Positions 1-10,361 of a stretch of DNA of 64,000 bases are shown one piece after another. The DNA comes from Cyanophora paradoxa CCMP329 (taxonomy: Eukaryota > Plantae > Glaucophyta). The stretch's first letter is position 1; each line of letters opens with the position of its first letter. The notes under the pieces are model-generated. The model ran no database searches, was not told the origin of the DNA, and saw nothing but the letters and a program-made list of their open reading frames with translations. The DNA lies in assembly GCA_004431415.1 (NCBI GenBank), contig QPMI01000127.1:62001-126000 (forward strand). Direction: 5' to 3'. The position numbers and the translations under genes were made by a program.

Positions 1-105
1 ATGTTCTCCGTCAGCGCCTGCGACGATGGGCCCGGCGCCCCGCCCTGCAACACCACAGGCCTCTGCGCCAACGGCTGCCCTCCAGGCGCCACAAGATGCC
101 CCTAA
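1..105 (+). CDS. C-terminal end of a Cys-rich repeat protein (partial)
   Basis: Frame 1 reads ACDDGPGAPPCNTTGLCANGCPPGATRCP*, the same repeat as 469-1075 and 4350-5083. Confidence 0.55.
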   Translation: MFSVSACDDGPGAPPCNTTGLCANGCPPGATRCP

Positions 106-468
106 CTCACATCCAGTGCGAGTCAGCTAGCTGCTCTCCCTCGCCTACGCCGGCGCCCCCGGCCGGCCCGCCCTCTCCCCTCCTCGCGACCGAGGCCGAG
201 GCCGCCTGCGCCGCGGTCGCGGGGGCCACGCTGCCCGGAGTGCCGGCGACCCTCCCCCGCCTCACTCTTCTCTCCGTCAGCGGCCTCTGGCCGCCGGCGC
301 CGCGCACCCCGCGGCCGCCGCTCGCGGCGACGGAGCCGTACCGCCTCCACCACGGGCTGTCGGGATCACGTTGCTTGAGCCCACGCGCCCGATGGTGATC
401 GACCCCACGTCGCGCCCGCTACCAATGCTGATCGAGTTCGCCCCGGGCGGGGCGTCCAGCCCCCCAAC

Positions 469-1075
469 GGCAACGGCTGCCCCCCGGGCTCGCAGAGACT
501 CACAGGTTGCACAGACCGCATTGGCGCCGTCTGCTCGACCACCGGCCTGTGCGGAAACGGGTGCAGGCCGGGGGCAAGTGTGATCTACGGGTGCGTCGAA
601 GGCCCCACGTGCTCCTTTGATGAAAAATGCGCCAACGGATGCGCCCCAGGCATGCGGCGCGCCGCGGGGTGCGCAGAGGGGGACACATGCTCAATCGACG
701 GGAAGTGCGGCAACGGGTGTTTCCCAGGATTGCGGCCTGTCTTCGGCTGCCCCGAAGCACCCCTGGGGGTGCCTGTCTGCTCTCGTGATGGCAAATGTGC
801 GAACGGCTGCTTCCCCGCGGAGTCCCTCATTTTCTGCGAGGAGGGGCCCGTCTGCTCGATCGGCGGCACTTGCGCAAACGGGTGCCCTCCCGGCGAAAAA
901 CCGCTCGAGGGGTGCTCGGAGGGCCCGACCTGCTCGCGGGACGAAACGTGCGCCAATGGGTGCCCTCCCGGGACCCGGCCTTTGCACGGGTGCGAGGAGG
1001 GGTATGGCAAGTTCGTCTGCTCCCAGGATGGGAACTGCGCCAACAAGTGCCCGCCTGGGAGAGTGCCCCTGAACG
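469..1075 (+). pseudogene. Internal fragment of a Cys-rich repeat protein (~25-27 aa unit GCxEGPxCSxDGxCANGCPPG)
   Basis: About 8 repeats in one frame, opening at GNGCPPGSQ without an ATG and lost after PPGRVPLNG. Confidence 0.8.
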
Positions 1076-1230
1076 GGAAAAACCCAGGGAGGAGGGTAGA
1101 CCCAGGCGCGGCTGCCCTCCCGCGCACCCGCGTACCAAGCCCGATCGCCCCCGGTCATGGCCAGGCGCCCGCCCCAGGCAACCAGCCCTACCAGTGCGAA
1201 GGCGGCGATGGCGCGGGTGATGGTTGCCAT
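1070..1230 (-). pseudogene. TspO/MBR-family N-terminal fragment
   Basis: Hydrophobic N-terminus followed by AWY...WVYPPPWVFPV, like the TspO WY..KP.W.PP.WVF motif; truncated against the Cys-rich fragment. Confidence 0.6.
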
Positions 1231-2359
1231 TGCAAGCTGCTCAAGGTGTGGGTAGGAAAATATGTATATATATATTTATACTGCTACTCCAACCAAAAAA
1301 GTGATATACTCTGCTAAGTTTTTTTAACGTATATCGATACACTGTTCGAAACTAAACATCCTCCTCCAAAAAACTATATGTCATATAAACTCTTCAAAAG
1401 CGTCAAATCAACATTGTGACGGCCAGGTATACGTAAAGAAACAGGAACAACTTATAACTCATCGAACTGAAAGCGCCTCTGCGGGCATCACGCGCGCTTC
1501 AAACGTCGTGTCCATGGAAGCGAGGCTTATGCCAATACATTAACATATATATAACGTGCGCGCGCGCGGCGCCTGCTCTTCTACTCAGCCCGGCTGGCGC
1601 CGAAGCTCGCGATCCAGTTCTCCCACTCAGGCACTGTGGCGCCGGCGCCAATGACAGGGGTCATAATCTCGATCTCCGGCGGCGCCGGCGCCGGCAGCAG
1701 CGGTCTTACGTAGATGGATCTGTCGCACCAGTGGCTCTCGGCGCTGGAGCGCCGGTCCGTGCGCGGCCGCGGCCGGCGCCGATGACGGAGCCACACTAGG
1801 AACGCGACGACGACGATGAGAGTCTCCTCGAGCGAAACTTGATCGGTCGGCATCGCGCCGGCCGCCGCCGCGCGCGCGCGCGCCTGCTGCTGCTGCTGCT
1901 GCTGCTCCTTCTCCACTGCCGCCGCCGCGCCGCGCGCGCCGGGGGCCGGCGGGGGGCTGGATCCCCACGCGTACCGCAGCGTACGTACGCGGGGTTATAC
2001 GGGCTGTCCGGTCCCGTCCGAATCGAAGCAGATACTATGATAGCTCGCGGCGGTTCGCGCGCGGTTCCGGATCCCGCGGCCGCTTGAGCCCACCGCTGCC
2101 CACGTCGGTTCGCGGTTCCGGATCCGGATCCCGCTTGAGCCCACGACGATTCGAATATTAATTCACATCGCGATATCGATAGATCAAACTGTGAATTCGA
2201 ACATATTCGAGAATTAAAGATTGTATCGATAATATGCAACCAGAGATTTCCAGTATAGTAATACCGGTTTTGGCCAATCAGAATCGCATCGCGCGCTCGG
2301 CAATCGGCAATCGGCAGTCGATTCAGCCCCACACATCATTCATGGCCGGTTCATTCATG

Positions 2360-3052
2360 TTAGTTCTGGCCCCCGGCCAGGCGCCCGCTGTACCCCCCGG
2401 CGACGATCGCGACAACAGCTGCTGCAGGCCCCTGCCCTCGCCGTGCCTCCGCCTCCTCTGCCGCGAGCGCCTCGACGCCCTCGCGCACGCCGCGCGCGAA
2501 CGCCTCGATCCGCGCGAGCGCGCGGTCCGCCTTCCAGTCCCACGGCGACGCCGAGCCGATCGCCTCCTCCAGGTTGCCAAGGACGGCGCCGGCCGCCCGC
2601 ACCTGCGCGAGCGCGCACTGCACCCGCGCCGCCCGCGCCTCCACCTCCTGCAGCGCCCGGAGGACGGGCTGGAGCTCCGCCGGCGCCGGGCGCCCGAAGC
2701 GGAGGTGGAAGGCCTGGCCGAGGCTGACCGCAGGATCGCCGAAGCCCTGAGAGGATTCGGAGCGTGCGCACTGCGCGCCGCCCTTGAACTCCTGGCCAGG
2801 AGCGCGCGGGCCCGGCTCCTCTCCCTCCTCCTCCTCCTCCCCCCGCCCCCCGGGGCCGCACCACCCCAACGGGGGCCCCTGGACCGCCTGGTCGGCCGCG
2901 GCCTCCATCTGCCCCGCCACCTCCGATAGGTACCCCGCCATGTCTTTCAGGTCCTCCAGGCGGCTCTCCAGCCACGCGAGGGAGCTAGGCGTCGGCGTCG
3001 GCGGCGGCGGCGGCGGCGGCGGCACGGGGTGGCCGACAACAACGCATGCCAT
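2360..3052 (-). CDS. Hypothetical helical protein (3' end uncertain)
   Basis: ATG at 3052 after an A-rich leader; Pro run then Glu/Ala/Leu-rich helical sequence. Confidence 0.4.
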   Translation of the reverse strand: MACVVVGHPVPPPPPPPPTPTPSSLAWLESRLEDLKDMAGYLSEVAGQMEAAADQAVQGPPLGWCGPGGRGEEEEEGEEPGPRAPGQEFKGGAQCARSESSQGFGDPAVSLGQAFHLRFGRPAPAELQPVLRALQEVEARAARVQCALAQVRAAGAVLGNLEEAIGSASPWDWKADRALARIEAFARGVREGVEALAAEEAEARRGQGPAAAVVAIVAGGYSGRLAGGQN

Positions 3053-3109
3053 GCGCTTTTTTTCTCTTCGCCGTTTGTTGTTGTCGTGCCGATAACTCGC
3101 GCCCCGCCA

Positions 3110-3430
3110 CGCGGGTACCAGCTGGCCGGCCACGTTGACATTGACTCTGGGGCGATCCTTATCGCGGACCCCGGTTACGCCATGCGCTCCAGGGGCGGCG
3201 AGCGGGGCCGCACTCCGGCAGAGGTCGCGTATCGCGACGGCGACGTCCTGGCCCGCGCCACGCACGCCCAGCTGGCGGCCCCGACCCGGCGCGGGAACAT
3301 GACGCTCAATGCGGGGGTCGTGGCCCGCACGGGCGGCGACGGGACCGTGCCCGTCTACATCCTGCACGCCCCGAACGGCCTCGTGCGATCATCATCGACC
3401 TTCTCAATTAAGAAGTCGCCATCTATCTAG
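3110..3430 (+). pseudogene. DUF4241-like fragment
   Basis: GHVDIDSGAILIADP and TGGDGTVPVY resemble the VDSG...DP and GDGxYPVY motifs. Confidence 0.5.
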
Positions 3431-3920
3431 CCGTACACGTGCCGGGCATAGTCGTCGTAGTGCCGGGAGGCCACGGCCGGGTTGCACCCCCTGATGGGGT
3501 TCGGGAGCCAGTTCACCTGCGCCTGGTGGGCGCGGGGGGCGGGGCGGGGCGGGCGGGTGCACGTCGGAGCGCATGGTGATCGTGAGCAGGTCCTGCCGCT
3601 GCATGGACAGCAGGGTGGCCAGGATGCGGGACGAGTCGTCGCGGTCCTCGGGGCTCGGGTGCAGGGCGGTCTCGCCGACGAGGTGGAGGTGCGCGGCCAG
3701 GTCTTTCAGCGCCTTCCACAGCGAGGCCGGGATGTCCTCGAGGCGGGCGCTGCGGGCGGCGTGCGCTCAGGCGGCAGCAGGCGGCAGACGGGCGGCGCGC
3801 ACTTGTCGATCCGCACGGCGAACTTGCGCGGCGGGTGGGCGCGCAGGCTAGCCTCGACGAAGACGAGGTCCTCGGCTGGCAGCGGCTTCTTGGGCTTGAA
3901 CAGGATGCCGGCCCCGGCCT
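3427..3920 (-). pseudogene. Host-type intron-containing gene, 3' fragment, unknown product
   Basis: Removing GT-AG introns 3750-3802 and ~3523-3562 gives continuous KFAVRIDNARLEDIP...MRSD...WLPNP...HVYG*. Confidence 0.6.
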
Positions 3921-4059
3921 GCGGCGTGGCGTTGGGGCGCGGGCACGGCGGGCGGGCCCGGCGCACGGCCACGCGTACGGCGGCGACGACGATGCAGGGC
4001 GGCGTAGAGATGTGGAGCGTGACCAGGCACTGGGGCGCGCCGCCTGGTCAGGGGGCGGC

Positions 4060-4349
4060 GGCGTGCGGGCGAGCTCCCCCCGCAGCTCCTTGATTGCCTG
4101 CACGAGGAGCCCCACCAGGTTGCCGTAGGCGAGGGAGAGGTAGCCGTCAGGGTGCTCCAGTACGGCCTCGGGCATCACCTCCTGCACCTCCTGGGCGATG
4201 AGCCCCATGCGGCGGCGCCCAGCCTCGCCAGCGGCCCGGTTCCGGAATGTCACCCCCGTCATGGCCTCGACCTTGGTGAGGGCCCCCTCGATGGGCTGGA
4301 TGTCCTCCTTGAGGCGGGCATCCGAGAAGGCCGTGACCTCGTTGGCCGC
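4060..4349 (-). pseudogene. Peptidase S74 intramolecular chaperone domain of a fibre protein (C-terminal fragment)
   Basis: VTAFSDARLKEDI...GVTF...MGLIAQEVQEVMPEAV...LAYGNLVGLLVQAIKEL. Confidence 0.9.
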
Positions 4350-5083
4350 CCGTTGCCACACATGCCATCGGTAGAGCAGATGAAACCCTCTGCGCACTGT
4401 GCCAGGGGCCTGGATCCAGGTGGGCAGCCGTTGGCGCAATTCCCATCTCCTGAGCAGGTGATGCCACCCTCTGGGCACCCCGTCAGGGGGCTGAACCCTG
4501 GAATGCAACCGTTGGCGCATCTGCCCGTGGCCGAGCATGCAGGCCCCTCGGCACACCCGCTGAGGGGGCTCAGCCTGGGGGGGCAGCCATTGGAGCAGTT
4601 ACCAGTGGACGAGCAGACGGGCTTCCCTTTCCCCTCGGCACACCCGTCCAGGGGGCTGGAGCCGGGGGGGCAGCCGTTGGCGCACTTCCCGTCTGCGGAA
4701 CAGGTCGGGCCCTCGGAACACCCAAGGAGGGACTGGAATCCAGGCCTGCACCCGTTGGCACACGTGCCGTCGGATGTGCAGATGGGGCCCTCGGCACAGC
4801 CCACAAGGGGGCGGGAGCCAGATTTGCATCCGTTGGCACATGTACCATCCCGGGAGCATGTGGGGCCCTCAGAGCAGCCAAGCAAGAGGCTTGTCCCTGG
4901 TGGGCAACTGAGGCTGCTGCCAGGTGACAGAGGAGGGCCATTGGCAGTGCCGCCTGTGTTGTTAGCTGCCGTTGCTGCTACTGCATCTGTCTCCTTCCGC
5001 TTGCGCAAGACGAGCATAATGCCCACTGCGATGGCCGCTGCTGTCGCCCCCGCGAGGAGCAGCAGGGTGCCAGCCGGGGCCAT
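4350..5083 (-). pseudogene. Membrane-anchored Cys-rich repeat protein, 5' part
   Basis: N-terminal TM segment + RKRK, then 7 CxxDGxCANGC repeats; breaks at CGNG and joins S74 out of frame. Confidence 0.8.
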
Positions 5084-5110
5084 GTCATATGTCACAGCGA
5101 CAAGACAAAA

Positions 5111-5386
5111 TTAAGTTTTTGTGTTGCCCCTCTCCTGAACCAGCAGCATGGGGGCTGCGGCAGGGGCGAAGATGCCCTCCAGCCAGGGCTTCCAGATGGC
5201 CAGGGGCTCGGCGAGGACACGGAACTGGGTCGCGCAGTTGGCGGCGGCGGCCGCCGCCCCGATATGCGCCATGAGCGTGCTCTTCCCGGCGCCAGGCGGC
5301 GCCTCGAAGGCGATGTAGGGCGGCGGCGCCAGCGGCGCCGGCGGCAGCGGGCGGCTGCTGCTGGTGCCGGAGGCGGCGGCGGGCAT
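5111..5386 (-). pseudogene. Deoxynucleoside kinase-like N-terminal fragment
   Basis: YIAFEAPPGAGKST P-loop followed by EPLAIW; the rest of the domain is missing. Confidence 0.7.
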
Positions 5387-5626
5387 GATGTCGCTGGACG
5401 GACCGGCGAGTAAGTGTACACATACCCCCCCCCCTCAATGGAGACAGGCCCGGAAGTCTTTGTCGTGACGTACTATGCGACGCATGGAAGCTGGACACCT
5501 ATATGTGCATATGCGCACCTCCTGGCAGTCACAGCGTCATCGCCACTGCAGGGCGGTGGGGCGCAGTGTGCTTCAATATGCACGCATCCCAAAGCAGCCT
5601 GTTACGTACTACGGTATTTGTAAGAC

Positions 5627-6760
5627 ATGTATACATATGTCACTGAGTCATATCATCTCGCGGGCGCCGCCGCCGCCACGCACCAGCGCTCCGTCGCCCC
5701 TCCCCTCGGTGGCGTTCTCCCTGCGGCCAGCCTCGCCGGCCGCGGGGCCTGGGACAGCCCCTTCTTCCCTGTTGAAGAGCACCTGTCGGTCGAGGTCGCG
5801 GTGGCGCCTCCCACGGCGGGCGACGTCATGCCGACGTCACTCTTCACGGTGACCGTCGGCGCCCTTGCCTCGGGCCAGATCCTGTGCGTCTCCCGGGTCC
5901 TCGTGACGCGGGTCCCGCGGGCGACCGCCGACACCGTCGGCACCATCCCGGTGAGCTTCTCCGGCCACGAGCTGGAGATCGCGTGGTCGGCCATGGCGGT
6001 GGACAGCAGCTGCAGCAACGGCGGCGGCCTGATGGGCGCCTCGGCCTGCCGCCTTGGCGACGGCGGTGGCTACGGGACCATCGCCCTGAGCCACCAGGCG
6101 GAGTCGGCGGCGGCGGCCGGGCCAGAGCGCCTGCCCCCCTGCGCCCGGTTCGGTGGCCCGATGCACGTCGTCTCCGCGCACGACGCCTCGTACAAGCTCA
6201 TCGACATCACCGCGGCCAGCGGGGCCTGCCCCGTGTACGCCACCGGCCTCCTCGGCCTGGGCATGCAGCCCCGCGTGAACCACGACGTGTTCCTCAAGAT
6301 GGTGGACGGGGAGTCCTCCCACACGGGCATCCTGGGGACCTGCCTTGTCCCCTCCGCCGCCGGCCTCGCCCCTGCGGCAATCTGCACCGACTGGCCAAAG
6401 TGCACCAGGGCCAGCGTGGTACGGCGGCGGGAGACCAACGCGGCGGCCGAGGCGGCGACCCTCGCTGCGATCGTATCCCCCTCGGACCCACGGACGCGGC
6501 GCGCCGCCCTGACCGGCCTGAGCGTCCAGCCGGGCAGCCAGACGGCGGTCGCGGTCCTGGGCCGCGGCGGGGCGTGCGTGGCCTACGGTTCCCGCTTTGG
6601 GGCGGTTCTCCTCTCCCCTGCCAACAGCTGGACCTCCCTGCGCGACTGCCCCGGCCGCGCCCCGCCCACGGTCGCCCCCCTCACGCGCGACTCCTGGCTG
6701 ATCGCGGCACCTCTAGATAGCGGGGGCCTCTCAGTGATAGTGATGGGGATGAGCCAGTAG
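5627..6760 (+). CDS. Hypothetical protein (start uncertain)
   Basis: 377 aa ORF with protein-like composition and GC-rich third positions. Confidence 0.5.
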   Translation: MYTYVTESYHLAGAAAATHQRSVAPPLGGVLPAASLAGRGAWDSPFFPVEEHLSVEVAVAPPTAGDVMPTSLFTVTVGALASGQILCVSRVLVTRVPRATADTVGTIPVSFSGHELEIAWSAMAVDSSCSNGGGLMGASACRLGDGGGYGTIALSHQAESAAAAGPERLPPCARFGGPMHVVSAHDASYKLIDITAASGACPVYATGLLGLGMQPRVNHDVFLKMVDGESSHTGILGTCLVPSAAGLAPAAICTDWPKCTRASVVRRRETNAAAEAATLAAIVSPSDPRTRRAALTGLSVQPGSQTAVAVLGRGGACVAYGSRFGAVLLSPANSWTSLRDCPGRAPPTVAPLTRDSWLIAAPLDSGGLSVIVMGMSQ

Positions 6761-7140
6761 ACAGACGGCGCATCATTGTTTCGTATGCGCCCCAGTCAGG
6801 CGCATCATCATGTCTCGTGCATGTACATTTCATATATGTATGATTACTACACAGCCCACTCGCCGCCGGAGTGGGCCCCGACCCAGGCCGCGCGCCGTCG
6901 GTCGGGCTACAACTTCGGTAGTGGCTCAAACTGGAGAGAGGGGTATACGTAGATTCCGATTTTTCCTGGCTGCTAGAGTACAGGTGGCAGCGGTATCGAT
7001 GATGGGGGCAGCGGCGGTGATCATGATCATCATGGCATGGTCGTGATCATGGCCGTTCTGGTGCTGATACTCATCCGGCGCCGCTGGCGGCCGACGACGG
7101 CTGGCATGCCACCGCCGTCGCCGCCTGTACCGCCTACAGC

Positions 7141-7451
7141 GGTGCCCGCACCACGCATACCCCCCCCCTCCCCCCGCACCACGTACCCCGCACCCCCGCA
7201 CCCCCCGCACCCCCCCGCACCCCGCACCCCCGCACCGCCCCGCCCCCCCCACCCCCCCCCCCCCCACCCCCGCACCGCGCACCACCGGTGTTGGTTGGCC
7301 AACCAACACCGGTGGTGCGCGGTGCGGGGGTGGGGGGGGGGGGGTGGGGGGGCGGGCGTGCGGGGGTGCGGGGTGCGGGGGGTGCGGGGGGTGCGGGGGG
7401 TGCGGGGGTACGTGGTGCGGGGGAGGGGGGGGTATGCGTGGTGCGGGCACC
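7141..7451. repeat. Spacer-less palindrome with ~155 bp arms centred at 7298/7299
   Basis: ggtgcccgcaccacgcatac...ggtgttggttgg|ccaaccaacacc...gtatgcgtggtgcgggcacc. Confidence 0.95.
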
Positions 7452-7895
7452 AGGGGGGTACAGGGCTGGTGCTGGGTCAGGTGCCAGTGTGACATCGTCG
7501 GTGTACTTTCGAGAGGTGAGTCACGTGGGGGGGGTCCGGGGTCTGAATCGGTCGGGTAGCGGGGGGGGGGGGGGGTGGGGGGTACCTGGACCCGGCGGGG
7601 GGAGGGGGGGTACCTGGACCTGGGTGGGGGGGTACGCACCCGACCATCTCGGGTACAGCTCCCTACGTTCGCAGTCGGGGCCGAGTCAAAGACCGTGGGG
7701 TTCGAATCCAGGCGGGGCCACGCCCGCACCCCGCCTGACGTCCGGCGTGGTGGGCATGCAGATGGGGACGGGCGCCCAGTGCTGTGGACGTCGCTGTGGG
7801 CGGGGTACATGGTTATCCCAGTACACTGGACGACCGCGGCCGTGCGGGCGGGCGTATTATCCGTGCAGTTGGTGTGCAGGGGGGCGAGTGGTCCG

Positions 7896-8345
7896 ATGCC
7901 GCATACGAGCACAGGTCTGCGCTGCCGGGTCGATGGATGCACTTCACCGCGGCCAACACGTGGTCGCCTGTGCTGGAGTCATCGTCGCAAGGAGAACACG
8001 CACCCTCTGTGTCAGCTCGACGGGTGCATCTTGCGGGCGCACCTGACCAGCGCCGGGGAAGTCCACCGCTTCTGTTGGCACCACCGGACCTGGGGTATAC
8101 AGCAGGAGGAGCAGCAGCAGCCTGTCGCCTGCAGCACGGAAGGATGCCCCTGGCCGGCGGCGGGGGGCGTCTCCAATTGCACACGCCACGGCGGTGGCCC
8201 GCGCTGCTCCTGCTGCGGGGGCCTGTCGGCTACCGGCGGCGGCGGCGGCCTCTGCCACGCCTGTGGCGACGGCAAGCGGCGCTGCTGCTGGCCGAGCGGT
8301 TGCGACAAAGACGCCGCAGCGGGTGCCCCCCTCTGCGCGAACCAC
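7896..8345 (+). pseudogene. CxxxGC...CxxH zinc-finger repeat protein (WRKY19-type repeats), truncated
   Basis: CRVDGC..LCWSH, CQLDGC..FCWHH, CSTEGC..CTRHGGG, CWPSGC..LCANH; runs into the repeat at 8345. Confidence 0.7.
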
Positions 8346-8411
8346 CGTGTCATGCTCCGTCAAAAAGGGCGGTGTCCGTCTGCCGCTCTCGTCGCACTGC
8401 CCCTCTCTCGA

Positions 8412-8600
8412 AAACTGGATCACCTTAGATTCGTGTTCTCACAAGCCCCGCTGAATCTGCCCTTATATGAAGGAGGGTGGTGAAGGTCGTCGAGAGGGCG
8501 GGGTCGGCCGCGGGTCGCGAGCGATGTTGCTCGATGCACCTCGGTTCTATATAGGCTGAACTGCCTCCGCTTGTGAGAACATGAATCTAGTGTAGTCCAA
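8412..8600. mobile_element. ~190 bp element with imperfect terminal inverted repeats (MITE-like), copy A; extra solo arm at 8701-8755
   Basis: Left ctggatcaccttagattcgtgttctcacaagc; right gcttgtgagaacatgaatctagtgtagtcca. Confidence 0.65.
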
Positions 8601-8837
8601 TCTGAGACAGGGCCCTAGTGTGTTTCCATATTTGCGGGGGGGGGGCAGGGACGCCCCTAGCCTGGCCTGCGCCGCCTGTGCATGTTCGCATGCTGCTGCT
8701 TCTATATAGGCTGAACTGCCTCCGCTTGTGAGAGCATGATTCTAGTGTGATCCAGCCTGAGATGCTAAGCCCCCCCTCTCCAGTATGCACCCCTGGGTGG
8801 CGGGGGTAGGGTGTGACCAGGACGGACCGCGAGGGGA

Positions 8838-10035
8838 TGCTCGGCCTCTGCGCCTGCATCGCGGCCCTCTCGGACTCCGGCGCCGGCGCCACCGGCGTGG
8901 AGGTGCTCGACCTCGCCGGCGGGGCGTGGTACGACCTGCCGCCGCACGTCCGGCGCACGTACGGCGCCGGTGGCCCGGCGCCCCCGCGGCCGGCGGTCCG
9001 ATGATCTGGGCGAGGGAGGCGATTGAGCGGGGCTACCTCGCCGGCGTGCGCGACCTGCGCCTCTCGGCGGAGGGCGGGTCGCCAGCGCCGGCGGACCCCG
9101 CCGCCTCCTACGCGCGGCAGGCGCGGGCGCTGGTCGCGGCGGCGGCGGGGCGGTGCCCCGCGCTCGAGCGCCTCGAGCTGCTGCAGGTTCCGGCGGCGGA
9201 TCTCGGCAGCCCGGCCGCCCCGGCGCCGGCGCCGTGGATCGCGGGGGCGGCGGCGGCAGCGTTCCGGGCGAGCGCAACGCTCCGGGAGCTTGTTTTCACG
9301 GCCTGCATCGGGGGCGCCCGTCGAGTCGGACGGGCGCCTGATGTTCCGGTACACGGGCTCCTGCGCCGCCCTCCGCATGCTCCGGGCCGCCTGCGGCGGC
9401 CTGCTCTACGTCCCCAACCAGCTTCGGCGCATCACGGTCGTGAACCACGGCAGCCAGGAGCCGTCCGCCGCCTCGGACGCCTTCCGCCGGCGGCGCCGGG
9501 CGGCGGCCCCCGCCTGCGCCGACGAGCTCGGCCTGTACCGCTGGGCTGACCGCCTCGACGACCGCCTGCGGCGACTCCACCGCTGCAACTGGTCCGACAT
9601 GCCTGGTGGCGACCTCTTCCGCGCAAAGGGTGAGAGGGCGGGCCCGGAGCGCTCGCTCGCGGCCCGACCCCCGCGCGCGCAGGCCCCGGGTGGACCCTCT
9701 GCTACTTCTTCCGGACGAAGGACGTCGACATGGGCCTCGCGCTCGGTCCGGCGCTCCTTGCTACTGTCACGGACGTGTACCGCCACGGCTACCCATTCTG
9801 GCCCGGCGACGAGCGGTGGAGGGCGCTCCTCCCCAACCTCCGCACCGTCTTCCTCGCGGCGGGGCCAGCGTCGGACCTCTCTGACGTCCCCGGCCTCTCG
9901 GAGCGCATGCTCAGCTGCCTGGTGAACGGGTGGGAGGTATCCTCGGGCCCCTACTCCCTCTTCTGCGTCGAGGAGACGCGCTACAGCAGGAGCCGCCGCG
10001 CTTACGTGCAGGCAGGCCTGGGCCGGGCCGCGTAG
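8838..10035 (+). CDS. Host-type intron-containing gene, Leu-rich (LRR-like) hypothetical
   Basis: Probable intron near 8960-9015, clear GT-AG intron 9630-9682 joining FRAK-G-PGW; CPALERLEL and LPNLRTVFL motifs; one apparent frameshift near 9315. Confidence 0.55.
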
Positions 10036-10079
10036 GGGCGACCAAGAAATTCATTGTGTGTTTGTGTAATAATAGAGAC

Positions 10080-10361
10080 ATGGAGAAAGCAACAGGCGCC
10101 GACAGGGCCGGCCCAATCCGGGGCTTCGACGACCTGCCCCCGCACATCCAGCGGCGCATGCAGGCCCTCGAGCTGGGGCTCCCCTCCAGCTGGGACGTCG
10201 CGCCTCCAGCGCCGGCGCAGGGCTCGCGATCGGGCGCCGGCGCCCTCTTCGCCCTCCTGCGCCGGCTTGGTTTCCACCACGAGATCCGACACGCCACCGG
10301 CGCCGGCGGGGCCGCCCGGCGGCGGGCACCATCCAAACGAGTTCGCCAGGCCGCGTACTAG
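10080..10361 (+). CDS. Small hypothetical protein
   Basis: ATG after an AT-rich leader; FDDLPPHI resembles an F-box start. Confidence 0.4.
   Translation: MEKATGADRAGPIRGFDDLPPHIQRRMQALELGLPSSWDVAPPAPAQGSRSGAGALFALLRRLGFHHEIRHATGAGGAARRRAPSKRVRQAAY

Noticed and set aside
1581-1916. Possible Harbinger-type transposase N-terminus (RSIYVRP)
   Set aside because: Motif too short and no downstream DDE domain.
7690-7720. GGTTCGAATCC tRNA T-loop/B-box (also at ~39403)
   Set aside because: No convincing D arm, anticodon arm or acceptor stem; the second copy lies in an intron.
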